Positions 1-8,189 of a DNA stretch of 64,000 nt are shown one piece after another. The position numbers and the translations under genes were made by a program. Every line of letters begins with the position of its first letter. Position 1 is the first letter of the stretch. A model generated the notes under the pieces. That model was not told the DNA's origin, made no database searches, and saw only the letters and a program-made list of their open reading frames with translations. The stretch spans positions 1,714-65,713 of the forward strand of contig JBBTVB010000003.1 of the NCBI GenBank assembly GCA_038063455.1. The letters run 5' to 3'. The DNA comes from Patescibacteria group bacterium (GTDB lineage Bacteria; Patescibacteriota; Patescibacteriia; PEXW01).

Positions 1-2
1 TA

Positions 3-236
3 CTCACGGGTATCGAGGCAAAGGAGCCTGTTCTGGAACCGAATGTTCGATCCCTCGAACAAGCCATCGCCGATATGGAGAAAATTGAGGATGAAGACGA
101 ACGCAACGCGACTCTAGCAGCATTGGCAGAGATTATTACAGAAAATGGCGGGTCTGGCGGCGGAGTTAAGCGCATCAACTTCAAAAAAGAACTGGATGCG
201 GCGCGAGCAAAAGCCTCACCGGAAAAGCCAGAGTAA
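3..236 (+). CDS. 3' end of an unidentified protein (partial, enters from the left edge)
   Basis: Frame 3 is open from the window edge to TAA 234-236 (hand translation ...AALAEIITENGGSGGGVKRINFKKELDAARAKASPEKPE*). Terminator 259-290 follows. No family recognised. Confidence 0.4.
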   Translation, partial: LTGIEAKEPVLEPNVRSLEQAIADMEKIEDEDERNATLAALAEIITENGGSGGGVKRINFKKELDAARAKASPEKPE

Positions 237-258
237 CCCAGGATTTTTTTCTACCGAC

Positions 259-290
259 AAAAGTGTCAGCCATACGGTTGACACTTTTTT
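259..290 (+). terminator. Rho-independent terminator
   Basis: Perfect 10-bp stem AAAAGTGTCA (259-268) / TGACACTTTT (279-288), 10-nt loop, T-run to 290. Confidence 0.8.
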
Positions 291-341
291 ATGTTCACGC
301 TTTCTCTAGCTAAAAGCCTTCCCTGCGCCTACACAGCTGCG

Positions 342-350
342 TGCTACAAT
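342..350 (+). promoter_or_regulatory. Extended -10 box TGcTACAAT, 6 nt before ATG 357 (leaderless-type)
   Basis: TG 342-343, TACAAT 345-350, ATG 357. No SD in between. Confidence 0.5.
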
Positions 351-356
351 CAGGCC

Positions 357-1643
357 ATGCGCTTGATTGCCGACCTCCACGTCCACTCGCGTTTTTCCCG
401 CGCCGTGTCCAAAGACATGACCCTGCCGGTAATGCACCGCTGGACCGACTACAAAGGCATTGGCCTGGTGGGTACGGGCGACTTTACCCACCCCACCTGG
501 TTTGCCGAGCTGCGCGACCAGCTGGTCCAGACGGACGGCGGCTTTCTGGAATTGAAAAAATTGTTGCGTGATCCGGCGACGCAAACGAATCCCCTGTTCG
601 TGCCCACCACGGAACTCTCGTGCATCTACAGCGAGCAGGATAAGACGCGGCGCATTCACATCGTGGTGGTCGCACCGAGCCTGCAAGCCGTGGACAAAAT
701 TAACAAGAACCTAGACAAAGAATTTAACCTCCGCAGCGACGGCCGGCCGATTCTTGGCTGCACGGCGCACGACCTGACGGCCCGCCTCCTCTCTATTGAG
801 CCGAATCTCCTGATAATTCCTGCGCACATCTGGACACCGTGGTTTGCCCTGTTCGGCTCCGCCTCCGGCTACGATAGCGCCGACGACTGCTTCCGCGAGC
901 TCATCAAGCACATCCCGGCCATTGAAACCGGCCTTTCCTCTAATCCGACGATGAACTGGCAGTGGAGTCACTTGGACCGCTTTAATATCGTGTCGTTCGG
1001 CGACGCCCACTCGCCGCGCAAGTTCGGGCGCGAGGGCACGGTGTTTGAACTGGAACGGCCAGGATATAAGGAGCTCTTGGCCGCGCTGTGGAACAATCCC
1101 GTCACGGGCACGGGCAAAAGCCCCAACCACATTGTGGAAACGCTGGAATTCTTCCCCGAAGAAGGCAAATACCATTTGGACGGCCACGCCAAGTGCAAGC
1201 AGCGCCTGACCCCGGCGCAGAGCAAGAAGGCCGGCGGCCTGTGCCCGGTATGCAAGAAGCCCCTGACTATTGGCGTGCTTAACCGTGTGGAAAAACTCGC
1301 CGACCGACCCGAGGGTTTTATTGACTCCAAGCGTCCCCCATTCCGCACGCTTATCCCTCTGGAAGAAACCATTGGCGAGGCTATGGATGTGGGGCCGGCC
1401 AGTAAAAAGGTGCAGGCAGTTTATATGACGTTGGTAAAAAAATTTGCCGGCGAGTTTAATGTGCTGCTGGAAACGCCGATCAAAGACATTGCTGCGGTAG
1501 CCGGGGAAACCGTGGCCGATGCCATCCAGCGCGTGCGTAACGGCAAAGTGCACATTGACGCTGGCTATGACGGCATCTTCGGCACCGTCAAAATCTTCTC
1601 CGCCGCCGACCGCAAGAAGCAGGAACAGGCCGCGCTGTTTTAA
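357..1643 (+). CDS. Endonuclease Q-like (EndoQ / TIGR00375-type) PHP-domain nuclease
   Basis: Track ORF 291-1643. MRLIADLHVHSRFSRAVSKDM, GTGDFTHP, GKYHLDGH, Zn-ribbon CPVCKKPLTIGV and C-terminal DAGYDGIFGTVKIF match my memory of archaeal EndoQ. Start moved to M23 (357) because a -10 box lies at 345-350; 291 remains possible. Confidence 0.8.
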   Translation: MRLIADLHVHSRFSRAVSKDMTLPVMHRWTDYKGIGLVGTGDFTHPTWFAELRDQLVQTDGGFLELKKLLRDPATQTNPLFVPTTELSCIYSEQDKTRRIHIVVVAPSLQAVDKINKNLDKEFNLRSDGRPILGCTAHDLTARLLSIEPNLLIIPAHIWTPWFALFGSASGYDSADDCFRELIKHIPAIETGLSSNPTMNWQWSHLDRFNIVSFGDAHSPRKFGREGTVFELERPGYKELLAALWNNPVTGTGKSPNHIVETLEFFPEEGKYHLDGHAKCKQRLTPAQSKKAGGLCPVCKKPLTIGVLNRVEKLADRPEGFIDSKRPPFRTLIPLEETIGEAMDVGPASKKVQAVYMTLVKKFAGEFNVLLETPIKDIAAVAGETVADAIQRVRNGKVHIDAGYDGIFGTVKIFSAADRKKQEQAALF

Positions 1644-1656
1644 GCTTTTTCTCGCC

Positions 1657-1707
1657 GCGTAGGCAGGGATCCCTATCCCTGCCGGGGTTGGGGAACCCCG
1701 GCTACGC
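1657..1707. other. Two abutting GC hairpins closed by an outer stem
   Basis: GGCAGGGAT (1662-1670) / ATCCCTGCC (1675-1683); GGGGTT (1684-1689) / AACCCC (1694-1699); outer GCGTA (1657-1661) / TACGC (1703-1707). No U-run, so not a classic terminator. Confidence 0.5.
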
Positions 1708-1715
1708 ATATGTTA

Positions 1716-1721
1716 TACAAT
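1716..1721 (+). promoter_or_regulatory. -10 box TACAAT, 6 nt before ATG 1728 (leaderless-type)
   Basis: TACAAT 1716-1721, ACTGCC, ATG 1728. The box lies inside the track start at 1710. Confidence 0.45.
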
Positions 1722-1727
1722 ACTGCC

Positions 1728-2279
1728 ATGCTTACCTCGCTCCTCATCATCCTTTACGTCATCATTGGCCTTCTCGGCCTGTTACTCTTGGCCTTGCTCA
1801 TGAGCTTTGTAGTGCTGCTCATTATCCGCGTGCCATTCGTGCGCACGCCCAAACGCGCTACCCAGGCGCTCATTGACGCCAAGCTCATCCAACCAACCGA
1901 CCTGGTCTACGACCTGGGTGCAGGCGACGGCAAATTCTTGCATGACATTGTGAAAGCCACGGGCTGCCGCGGCGAAGGTTTTGAAATCTCCCCTTTTGTC
2001 TGGCTACTCGGCGAGCTGCGCGCGGCCACGTCCAAAAGGTGGAAAATGCACCTACAAAATTTCCTCAACGTGGACTTGAGCGAACCGACGATAATTTTTA
2101 ATTTCCTGGCCCCTGCCGGCATCCCCGGCCTGGCCCAAAAACTCAACACCGAAGTCAAAACTGGCCAAACGGTGATTAGTTACGGCTTCGAGCTCCCTGG
2201 CTGGACACCGATGCAAACCATAGACCCTCAACCCGAGCGGCCTACGGGGTCAAAATTTTACGTGTATAAGAAAGCGTAA
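1728..2279 (+). CDS. Class I SAM-dependent methyltransferase with N-terminal TM helix
   Basis: Track ORF 1710-2279. Hydrophobic N-terminus, SAM motif VYDLGAGDGKFL. Start 1728 preferred over 1710 because of the -10 box. Confidence 0.75.
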   Translation: MLTSLLIILYVIIGLLGLLLLALLMSFVVLLIIRVPFVRTPKRATQALIDAKLIQPTDLVYDLGAGDGKFLHDIVKATGCRGEGFEISPFVWLLGELRAATSKRWKMHLQNFLNVDLSEPTIIFNFLAPAGIPGLAQKLNTEVKTGQTVISYGFELPGWTPMQTIDPQPERPTGSKFYVYKKA

Positions 2280-2311
2280 ACTGGAAAATACAACCGACGG
2301 AACGTCGCCTA

Positions 2312-2340
2312 TTGACGAATAAGGCGATCAATGTTAACAT
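2312..2340 (+). promoter_or_regulatory. Sigma70-type promoter TTGACG-17-TAACAT
   Basis: TTGACG 2312-2317, 17-nt spacer, TAACAT 2335-2340. Lies upstream of the 2404 gene. Confidence 0.5.
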
Positions 2341-2403
2341 CGACTGCAATACATTCGCACATTCCCAAACTAAATTAGAACCCTGAAAGGAGGGTCTGTA
2401 CAA

Positions 2404-2931
2404 ATGACTGGATGGAAACAGACAATTTTGACACTGAAGTACCTCATTAGTAAATCAAAGGATGGGGACGACATTGCCAAGCGCATCCTTTTCTTTCTCA
2501 TTGATAACTCAAATGGACTGACTGAGCAGGTATCAATGACACTCACGCAAGACCATGATGGATACACGAAAGACGAAATCCACACCGCTGCGCACAAGCT
2601 TGATTATATGCGTAGCTCGAATGGCACAACCCACCTGAGCGAAATAATGCTTATCATGGGCGCTGAACTCGGGTTCAGTACGCACTATGGCCACTACAAT
2701 GAGATGGGCAAGTTGGACACTGAAGGCATGTTTCCTGGTTGTGGAGAGCTTGCGCCTGGTCACGAAAATGACCGAGAAGATATGCCGCTTCGATACACCT
2801 TCTGGTTGGCTGAAAAGGACTACGGCCACTCAGGACAAGGAAGGTCATTAGTCACGCCGCCAAAGCAAGAACTCATGAAAATCGACATGTCGAATTCGGA
2901 ACTGTATCCCCACCTCCAAAGAGTCGCGTAA
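2404..2931 (+). CDS. Hypothetical protein (175 aa)
   Basis: Strong SD AAGGAGGG (2387-2394) before ATG 2404. Visibly AT-richer than flanks. No family recognised. Confidence 0.6.
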   Translation: MTGWKQTILTLKYLISKSKDGDDIAKRILFFLIDNSNGLTEQVSMTLTQDHDGYTKDEIHTAAHKLDYMRSSNGTTHLSEIMLIMGAELGFSTHYGHYNEMGKLDTEGMFPGCGELAPGHENDREDMPLRYTFWLAEKDYGHSGQGRSLVTPPKQELMKIDMSNSELYPHLQRVA

Positions 2932-3041
2932 ACAGCTAGGTCCCATATTCAGATAAGGTCTCACCCATATCTTCTTGTGTGGGGCCTTTTTCATTTTGTC
3001 GACTATCTAAATAGGCTAAAGCTTTGCTTCTATAAAAAGAC

Positions 3042-3070
3042 TTGATTTAAGGGTACAATCTGGCTAGAGT
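3042..3070 (+). promoter_or_regulatory. Promoter of tRNA-Ser: TTGATT-17-TAGAGT
   Basis: TTGATT 3042-3047, 17-nt spacer, TAGAGT 3065-3070. The tRNA 5' end is 10 nt downstream. Confidence 0.55.
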
Positions 3071-3080
3071 ACCCACTCAC

Positions 3081-3170
3081 GGAAGGGTGGCTGAGTGGTC
3101 GAAAGCGCCGCACTCGAAATGCGGTATACCCGTAAGGGTATCGAGGGTTCGAATCCTTCCCCTTCCGCCA
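3081..3170 (+). tRNA. tRNA-Ser (anticodon CGA), CCA encoded
   Basis: Acceptor GGAAGGG / CCCTTCC, anticodon stem CCGCA / TGCGG with loop CTCGAAA (anticodon CGA). Long variable arm TACCC-GTAA-GGGTA, T-loop GGTTCGAATCC, 3' GCCA. Confidence 0.95.
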
Positions 3171-3437
3171 TGCACCACTCGCTACGCTCGGATGCATGGC
3201 AAGCCAGCTCTTGGTGCATGCCCTGTACCCGAACGCAGTGAGTGGTTCAGGGCAGCTCGTTTCGCCTTTCGAGCTTCGCGTGACTCGCATTTGCGAATCC
3301 CGCTCCGCCCTCAAGGCGAAGCCTCACTTTACCCCACGCACGCGTGCTCACTGCGTTCCGCGCCACGCGCGTGGGGACCCCGTCGGGCGCAGGCGCAGTT
3401 CGGCGTGCTGGCCACTGAATTCCTGCTGGTGACGTAT
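3171..3437. other. GC-rich non-coding spacer with long-range inverted repeats
   Basis: No credible ORF; track ORFs here overlap the tRNA or each other. Perfect 12-bp inverted repeat GAACGCAGTGAG (3231-3242) / CTCACTGCGTTC (3347-3358). 8-bp CCCCACGC (3332-3339) / GCGTGGGG (3368-3375), plus several 5-6-bp local hairpins. Confidence 0.5.
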
Positions 3438-3438
3438 T

Positions 3439-3472
3439 AAAAAACTGGCTCAGGAATTTATTCCTGAGCCAG
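3439..3472 (-). terminator. Rho-independent terminator of the sigma-like gene
   Basis: 12-bp perfect stem CTGGCTCAGGAA (3445-3456) / TTCCTGAGCCAG (3461-3472), loop TTTA. A6 at 3439-3444 gives a U-run on the minus strand. Confidence 0.8.
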
Positions 3473-3486
3473 CGATAAAAACACAA

Positions 3487-4986
3487 TTACGCGGCAATAC
3501 GTAGCCGAGTAAGGGCTTTAACTTCAAGCTGCTGCACACGTTGACGGGTGACACTCATTTTGTCAGCAACTTGCTGCAAGGTACGGTACACACCAGCGTC
3601 GGACATGTCGAGACCGAAACGTAGGATCAGCACCTGCGAGAGACGCGGATCGCTTTGCTGCATCTTCTCGAGCTGCCCACGTCGTCTGGCCGAAAGGATC
3701 TTTCGGAAGGTACCGAGACGACAAATGGGAAACTTCTGGGGAAGAGCAGACACCTGTAGCGCACGGCTCAAGCGGGCGTGATTTTGAAGTTCGCGCTGAC
3801 GCATGGCCTTTTTACGTTCCTGCTTCTCATACGCTTTCACCTGCGAGTGAACTCTCTTGACGTATGCGTACACGCTAGGTGCGGGGTGAAAATCTCTAGC
3901 ACCATAGCGCAGGTACAAGAGCACGGCATTCACCTGAACAGAAACGTAGCTATTGCACCGTTCAGAAAACCCAAACTGCATGCCAACAGCTGACTGCGTT
4001 ATGAACTCCTCACCCTGCAGGCAGAAGTACCGCGCAGTCATCCGGGCACAATGGAGATTGTAGCGGAGCAATTTTTCGAACTGCTTGCGTCGCAAACCTT
4101 GTAACTGCAGGAGAAATGTCCGCTGCCCCGCATAGGCGCGTGAACGGTTCTCTCCTGCTGACCAGCAACTGTCGGGCTGCTCATAGCCGAAGACGATTGC
4201 CACGTCTCGTGCTGTGCACAGCGCACGATAGTGTCCACTGATGATGCGCTCGCTCCCTGGTGGAATCCGAACGATCTTCAGGTTAGGGGCTTTTCGAAGC
4301 ACGCGCTTGAGTGCCCACAAAAAAGGATGGCCGTCAAAGTGCACCATTGTGGTTTCCGAACTGAGCTGTTCAAAACCCCGATGGCCATGCGAATAGCTAA
4401 TACCTACTATCTGCTTGACGAAAATGTCTGGCAGCTCACCAATTCCGGGCACGTAGACGGGCCCTGCAGCTTCTTGATACGCCACCTTCGAATCCGCCAG
4501 TTCCTCGTGGAGCGTGCGACCATCTTCAAAGCGTTCAGCATCCAACGACCTGGGCAGACCGGCCATACGTACTGACTCCACGATCCGCTTAACAGACCGT
4601 TCGGTTACATCAAGGTATTCAGCGACTTCCTGTTCTGTTGGCTTCCTGTGAAGATTGCTAGTGAGCTCTGCTTCCGCCTTTCGAAACGACCGAACCCAGC
4701 GTGCCTGAGACTGAGAAAGAGCCCCCACTCGATCAGCTTCACTCTGAAGGATACCTCGAATGCAGACGCGAAGGTATGCGTCGAGGTTCAAAATGTTCAC
4801 CAACTCCTTTCCCTTGGCGTCGAGAATCTTTGCAATCTCGACCACGCAGGCATTGATGAGATCATCTGGATCGGCCAAACCATTGCATTGCTGCAACCAT
4901 GGTTGGCGCCTGAGGAAGGCCCTAACACACGAACGAATGAGCGGCAACTTTTCTTCCAGAATGCAATTGCGCCTGGCTATTGTCAT
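3487..4986 (-). CDS. Sigma-70 family protein with a ~270-aa insertion between region 3/4.1 and region 4.2
   Basis: Residues 1-167 look like sigma regions 2-3 plus the start of region 4 (PTEQEVAEYLDVTERSVKRIVE; RSLDAERFEDGRTLHEELADS). The region 4.2 HTH (VLILRFGLDMSDAGVYRTLQQVADKMSVTRQRVQQLEVKALTRLR) appears only in the last ~60 aa. SD GGGAGA lies 8 nt before the ATG. Confidence 0.7.
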   Translation of the reverse strand: MTIARRNCILEEKLPLIRSCVRAFLRRQPWLQQCNGLADPDDLINACVVEIAKILDAKGKELVNILNLDAYLRVCIRGILQSEADRVGALSQSQARWVRSFRKAEAELTSNLHRKPTEQEVAEYLDVTERSVKRIVESVRMAGLPRSLDAERFEDGRTLHEELADSKVAYQEAAGPVYVPGIGELPDIFVKQIVGISYSHGHRGFEQLSSETTMVHFDGHPFLWALKRVLRKAPNLKIVRIPPGSERIISGHYRALCTARDVAIVFGYEQPDSCWSAGENRSRAYAGQRTFLLQLQGLRRKQFEKLLRYNLHCARMTARYFCLQGEEFITQSAVGMQFGFSERCNSYVSVQVNAVLLYLRYGARDFHPAPSVYAYVKRVHSQVKAYEKQERKKAMRQRELQNHARLSRALQVSALPQKFPICRLGTFRKILSARRRGQLEKMQQSDPRLSQVLILRFGLDMSDAGVYRTLQQVADKMSVTRQRVQQLEVKALTRLRIAA

Positions 4987-5166
4987 AATCTACGTCTCCC
5001 AGATTTTCAATTTTTACGATTTTCATTTTCATAACAAACTACCACTAAAAACGCCGTTTGTCAAGCCCAAAGAAACAACTACGCTCTCTATACAAACAGC
5101 TCCTTCCCTAACCAACGAAAAGGCCTCGTCGTAACTTCCCGCTCATGACATACTAAAGACGAACGA

Positions 5167-5514
5167 ATGCCCAAACTCATCCTCAAACTCGAAGGCCTGG
5201 CCATACTCGTCACGGCCATATACATGTACCACCTAAGTGGCGCGAGCTGGGTACTTTTCGCCCTGCTTATTTTGGTACCGGACATTTCTATGATCGGCTA
5301 CCTTAAGGATACTAAACTAGGCGCAATTACCTACAACTTAATGCACAATTACGTCCTCGCCATTATCCTGCTTATGGCGGGGGTGGTTATGAAAAATGTC
5401 ACCCTCGTTTCCCTGGGTCTTATCCTGGCCGCACATATTGGCATGGATCGGTTCCTAGGATTTGGACTCAAATATCCAACCAATTTTAAAGACACACACT
5501 TACAGAAAGTGTAG
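5167..5514 (+). CDS. DUF4260-family small membrane protein
   Basis: 115 aa, 3-4 TM segments. LVPDISMIGYL and C-terminal MDRFLGFGLKYPTNFKDTHL match my memory of DUF4260. Confidence 0.7.
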   Translation: MPKLILKLEGLAILVTAIYMYHLSGASWVLFALLILVPDISMIGYLKDTKLGAITYNLMHNYVLAIILLMAGVVMKNVTLVSLGLILAAHIGMDRFLGFGLKYPTNFKDTHLQKV

Positions 5515-5744
5515 TGCCACCCTAGAACAACTGTAAAAATCGGTACTTATAAAGGCTCTGCCGAGGTGAATTATAGGGTATATAGAGGCCTGTCCAGACA
5601 TTGGACAGGTACCTGCTGATATGTACAGTATTTTTTAAAATTTGGACACATACGCATAGGCCCTAAATAATCCTACGACCAGTTGCCTTCTTAAAATACG
5701 TACGAATACAGCAACCCAGCAAAATACATAAACATTTTGGAGTG

Positions 5745-5753
5745 TGCTAGTCT
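5745..5753 (+). promoter_or_regulatory. Extended -10 TGcTAGTCT, 6 nt before ATG 5760 (leaderless-type)
   Basis: TG 5745-5746, TAGTCT 5748-5753, ATG 5760. Confidence 0.4.
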
Positions 5754-5759
5754 ACGCCC

Positions 5760-7481
5760 ATGACCCAAGCAACCGCCCTAGCAATTCTCCAAACCGGCGT
5801 GAATGTCTTTCTTACCGGTGAACCGGGCAGCGGCAAAACCCATACGGTAAACAGTTACGTGCGCTGGCTGCGCAGTCACGGCATACCACCCGCGATAACC
5901 GCCTCCACCGGCATTGCGGCCACCCACATTAGCGGGATGACTATCCATTCCTGGTGCGGCATTGGCATAAAAAAATCCCTTTCAACACACGACCTCAACG
6001 CCCTGGCGGCAAACGAACGCGTGGCCCGACGGGTTCGGAACACGAGCGTGCTGATTATTGACGAAGTGTCTATGCTCTCGGCACAGACGCTCGCCATGGC
6101 GGATGCGGTGTGCCGTAAAATCCGGCAGGATACTGCGCCTTTCGGCGGCCTGCAGGTTGTTGTGGTCGGTGACTTTTTCCAATTGCCGCCCGTGGTCCCC
6201 CAGGAAAACCGTGACAGTGCCCAACTCGGCTTTGGCGAAGACGCGGTGGACAGTGCGCCCTTCGCCTTCCGTTCCCCCGCGTGGGACTCCGCCCAGCCGG
6301 TGGTCTGCTATCTCACCGAACAGCACCGCCAGGAAGATGCCGAATTTCTTTCACTTCTTTCGGCTGTACGCTCGGGTACCGCCGATGAAGACACGCACAG
6401 TGCCCTGGCAGCGCGGCGCGCTGATGTAGAACGTACACCGCAAGATCTGCCTCGGCTCTACGCGCACAATGCCGACGTGGACCGCGTGAACGAAACACGC
6501 CTGGCCGCTATTCCTGGCATTGCAAAACACTATACGATGATTTCGCACGGCAAAGAAGGCTTGGTGGCTACGTTACAGCGCGGCTGCCTTTCGCCGGAAA
6601 CCCTCTCACTAAAAGTCGGTGCCCGCGTCATGTTTACCAAGAATAATCCTGACGGCAGTTTTGTAAATGGCACGGTGGGCGAAGTGCAAGGCTTTGGTGA
6701 TGAAGACCAACCGGTAGTACGAACCCTGCGCGGTCGGCGCATAGAAGTGGAGCCAATGGAATGGACGATTACTGACGGCACCCGCACGCTGGCACGCATT
6801 ACGCAGCTCCCCCTCCGGCTTGCCTGGGCAATAACTATTCACAAGAGCCAGGGCATGACCCTGGATGCAGCGGTTATGGACCTTTCGCAGGCCTTTGAGT
6901 ATGGCCAAGGCTACGTTGCGCTCTCGCGAGTGCGCTCGCTCACGGGGCTGCACCTGCTGGGCTGGAACGAGCGCTCACTGGAGGTGCATCCTGAAGTTAT
7001 TGCGCAGGATCAAAATTTTCAACAAAGCTCAATTACGGCGGAAACTACATGTGCCGCTAGGTCAAAAAAAGAACAGGCTGCGCTTGTCCACGCATTTATT
7101 GTAAGCTCCGGTGGCAAACCGGCAGGTGGGGTGGTGATGAGCACCCGGAAAAATACATCCCGCGGCTCAACCTACGATGTGACGCTCGAGCTGGTACACA
7201 GCGGCGCATCTATTCACAAAATTGCCAAAGCCCGTTCGCTCACCGAAGGGACAATTATCTCGCATATGCTCAAGCTCTTTACCGACGGCCGCCTGACCCG
7301 TGCCGAATTAGAACCGCTCATCTCCCCAGCGCTACAAAAGTCGTTACCAAAAATCCAGGCGGTATTTAAAACGCTTGACGTTGAGCACCTCTCACCAATC
7401 TTCGAAAAGTTGGGTGGCGCGTATTCCTATGATGATTTACGCATCGCCCGGGCACTGCTGGAAACAAGCACTCCTGAATAA
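5760..7481 (+). CDS. Pif1/RecD-like ATP-dependent DNA helicase with C-terminal HTH
   Basis: Walker A GEPGSGKTH, Walker B VLIIDEVSML, VVGDFFQLPPV, ITIHKSQG. The C-terminal ~90 aa resembles the helicase-associated HTH (HTH_40-like). Confidence 0.85.
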   Translation: MTQATALAILQTGVNVFLTGEPGSGKTHTVNSYVRWLRSHGIPPAITASTGIAATHISGMTIHSWCGIGIKKSLSTHDLNALAANERVARRVRNTSVLIIDEVSMLSAQTLAMADAVCRKIRQDTAPFGGLQVVVVGDFFQLPPVVPQENRDSAQLGFGEDAVDSAPFAFRSPAWDSAQPVVCYLTEQHRQEDAEFLSLLSAVRSGTADEDTHSALAARRADVERTPQDLPRLYAHNADVDRVNETRLAAIPGIAKHYTMISHGKEGLVATLQRGCLSPETLSLKVGARVMFTKNNPDGSFVNGTVGEVQGFGDEDQPVVRTLRGRRIEVEPMEWTITDGTRTLARITQLPLRLAWAITIHKSQGMTLDAAVMDLSQAFEYGQGYVALSRVRSLTGLHLLGWNERSLEVHPEVIAQDQNFQQSSITAETTCAARSKKEQAALVHAFIVSSGGKPAGGVVMSTRKNTSRGSTYDVTLELVHSGASIHKIAKARSLTEGTIISHMLKLFTDGRLTRAELEPLISPALQKSLPKIQAVFKTLDVEHLSPIFEKLGGAYSYDDLRIARALLETSTPE

Positions 7482-7503
7482 AAATAGTGCAGACTAATCC
7501 CCT

Positions 7504-8130
7504 ATGGCCATCACCGAATCCATCATCCACATTGCGACGACGTTTATTGAGACTGCCGGCTACCCGGGCATTGGGGTGCTCATGATTATGGAAAGCATGA
7601 TTCTGCCGGTGCCGAGCGAAGCGGTGATGCCGTTTGCTGGTTTCCTCATTTTCGACGGCACGCTTACCTGGGCGGGCGTGATTATTGTCAGCACCATTGG
7701 CAGCATTCTCGGCTCCCTGCTCTCGTACTGGATTGGCGCCAAGGGCGGCCGACCACTGGTGGAACGCTGGGGCAAGTACGTGCTGGTAAGCCACCATGAC
7801 TTGGATATTACGGACCGCTTCTTTGCGCGGCGCGGAAGTTGGGCGGTGCTTATCAGCCGCTTTATTCCGGTTATCCGGCATATCATTTCTATCCCTGCGG
7901 GGGTGGCAAAAATGCCGCTGAAAAAATTTCTGGTCATGACCATTCTCGGTGCCACCCTGTGGAACACCTTCTTAACCTGGGTGGGCTTTAAGCTGGGCGA
8001 GAACTGGGAGAATCTGCACAAGTACAGTGAAAAAATTGATATCGTTATCGTAGCGATCCTCATCCTGCTGGTGGCAGCCTTTGTCTATCGTCACTGGCGC
8101 ACGCGAGACCGCGGGGTGGCCACCGGCTGA
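7504..8130 (+). CDS. DedA/SNARE-associated family membrane protein
   Basis: GYPGIGVLMIMESMILPVPSEAVMPFAGFL and FIPVIRHIISIPAGVAKMPLKKF are typical DedA motifs. Confidence 0.85.
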   Translation: MAITESIIHIATTFIETAGYPGIGVLMIMESMILPVPSEAVMPFAGFLIFDGTLTWAGVIIVSTIGSILGSLLSYWIGAKGGRPLVERWGKYVLVSHHDLDITDRFFARRGSWAVLISRFIPVIRHIISIPAGVAKMPLKKFLVMTILGATLWNTFLTWVGFKLGENWENLHKYSEKIDIVIVAILILLVAAFVYRHWRTRDRGVATG

Positions 8131-8146
8131 CCATTTTTAAAGCCTG

Positions 8147-8155
8147 TGGTATCAT
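8147..8155 (+). promoter_or_regulatory. Extended -10 TGgTATCAT
   Basis: TG 8147-8148, TATCAT 8150-8155. It contains the track start ATG 8154, which argues for the downstream start at 8190. Confidence 0.45.
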
Positions 8156-8189
8156 GTACCACGTCCTTTCTCGTCTTAGAAAAAAATGT

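Noticed and set aside
711-1709. 332-aa antisense ORF opposite the EndoQ-like gene. There are similar long mirror ORFs elsewhere (13244-13828, 36445-37152, 38321-39016, 42870-43475, 47103-47888, 50755-51513, 25060-25566).
   Set aside because: Each lies opposite a gene with clear family motifs. Their sequences are Arg/Gly/Ala-rich low-information strings of the kind GC-rich antisense frames produce, and none has a promoter or SD.
2956-2995. Terminator after the 175-aa gene (AAGGTCTCACCC ... GGGGCCTTTTT).
   Set aside because: The stem needs several mismatches and I could not draw a convincing hairpin by hand. Only the T-run is clear.
3087-3440. 117-aa ORF (and 3030-3314 on the minus strand) spanning the tRNA-Ser gene and the GC-rich spacer.
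   Set aside because: It overlaps a well-folded tRNA, and the sequence is Arg/Pro/Ala-rich with no start signals. The region is treated as non-coding.
3673-4485. Intein or mobile insertion inside the sigma-like gene.
   Set aside because: There is no Cys/Ser at the putative N-junction, no TxxH block and no terminal His-Asn followed by Cys/Ser/Thr. No homing-endonuclease motifs were recognised.
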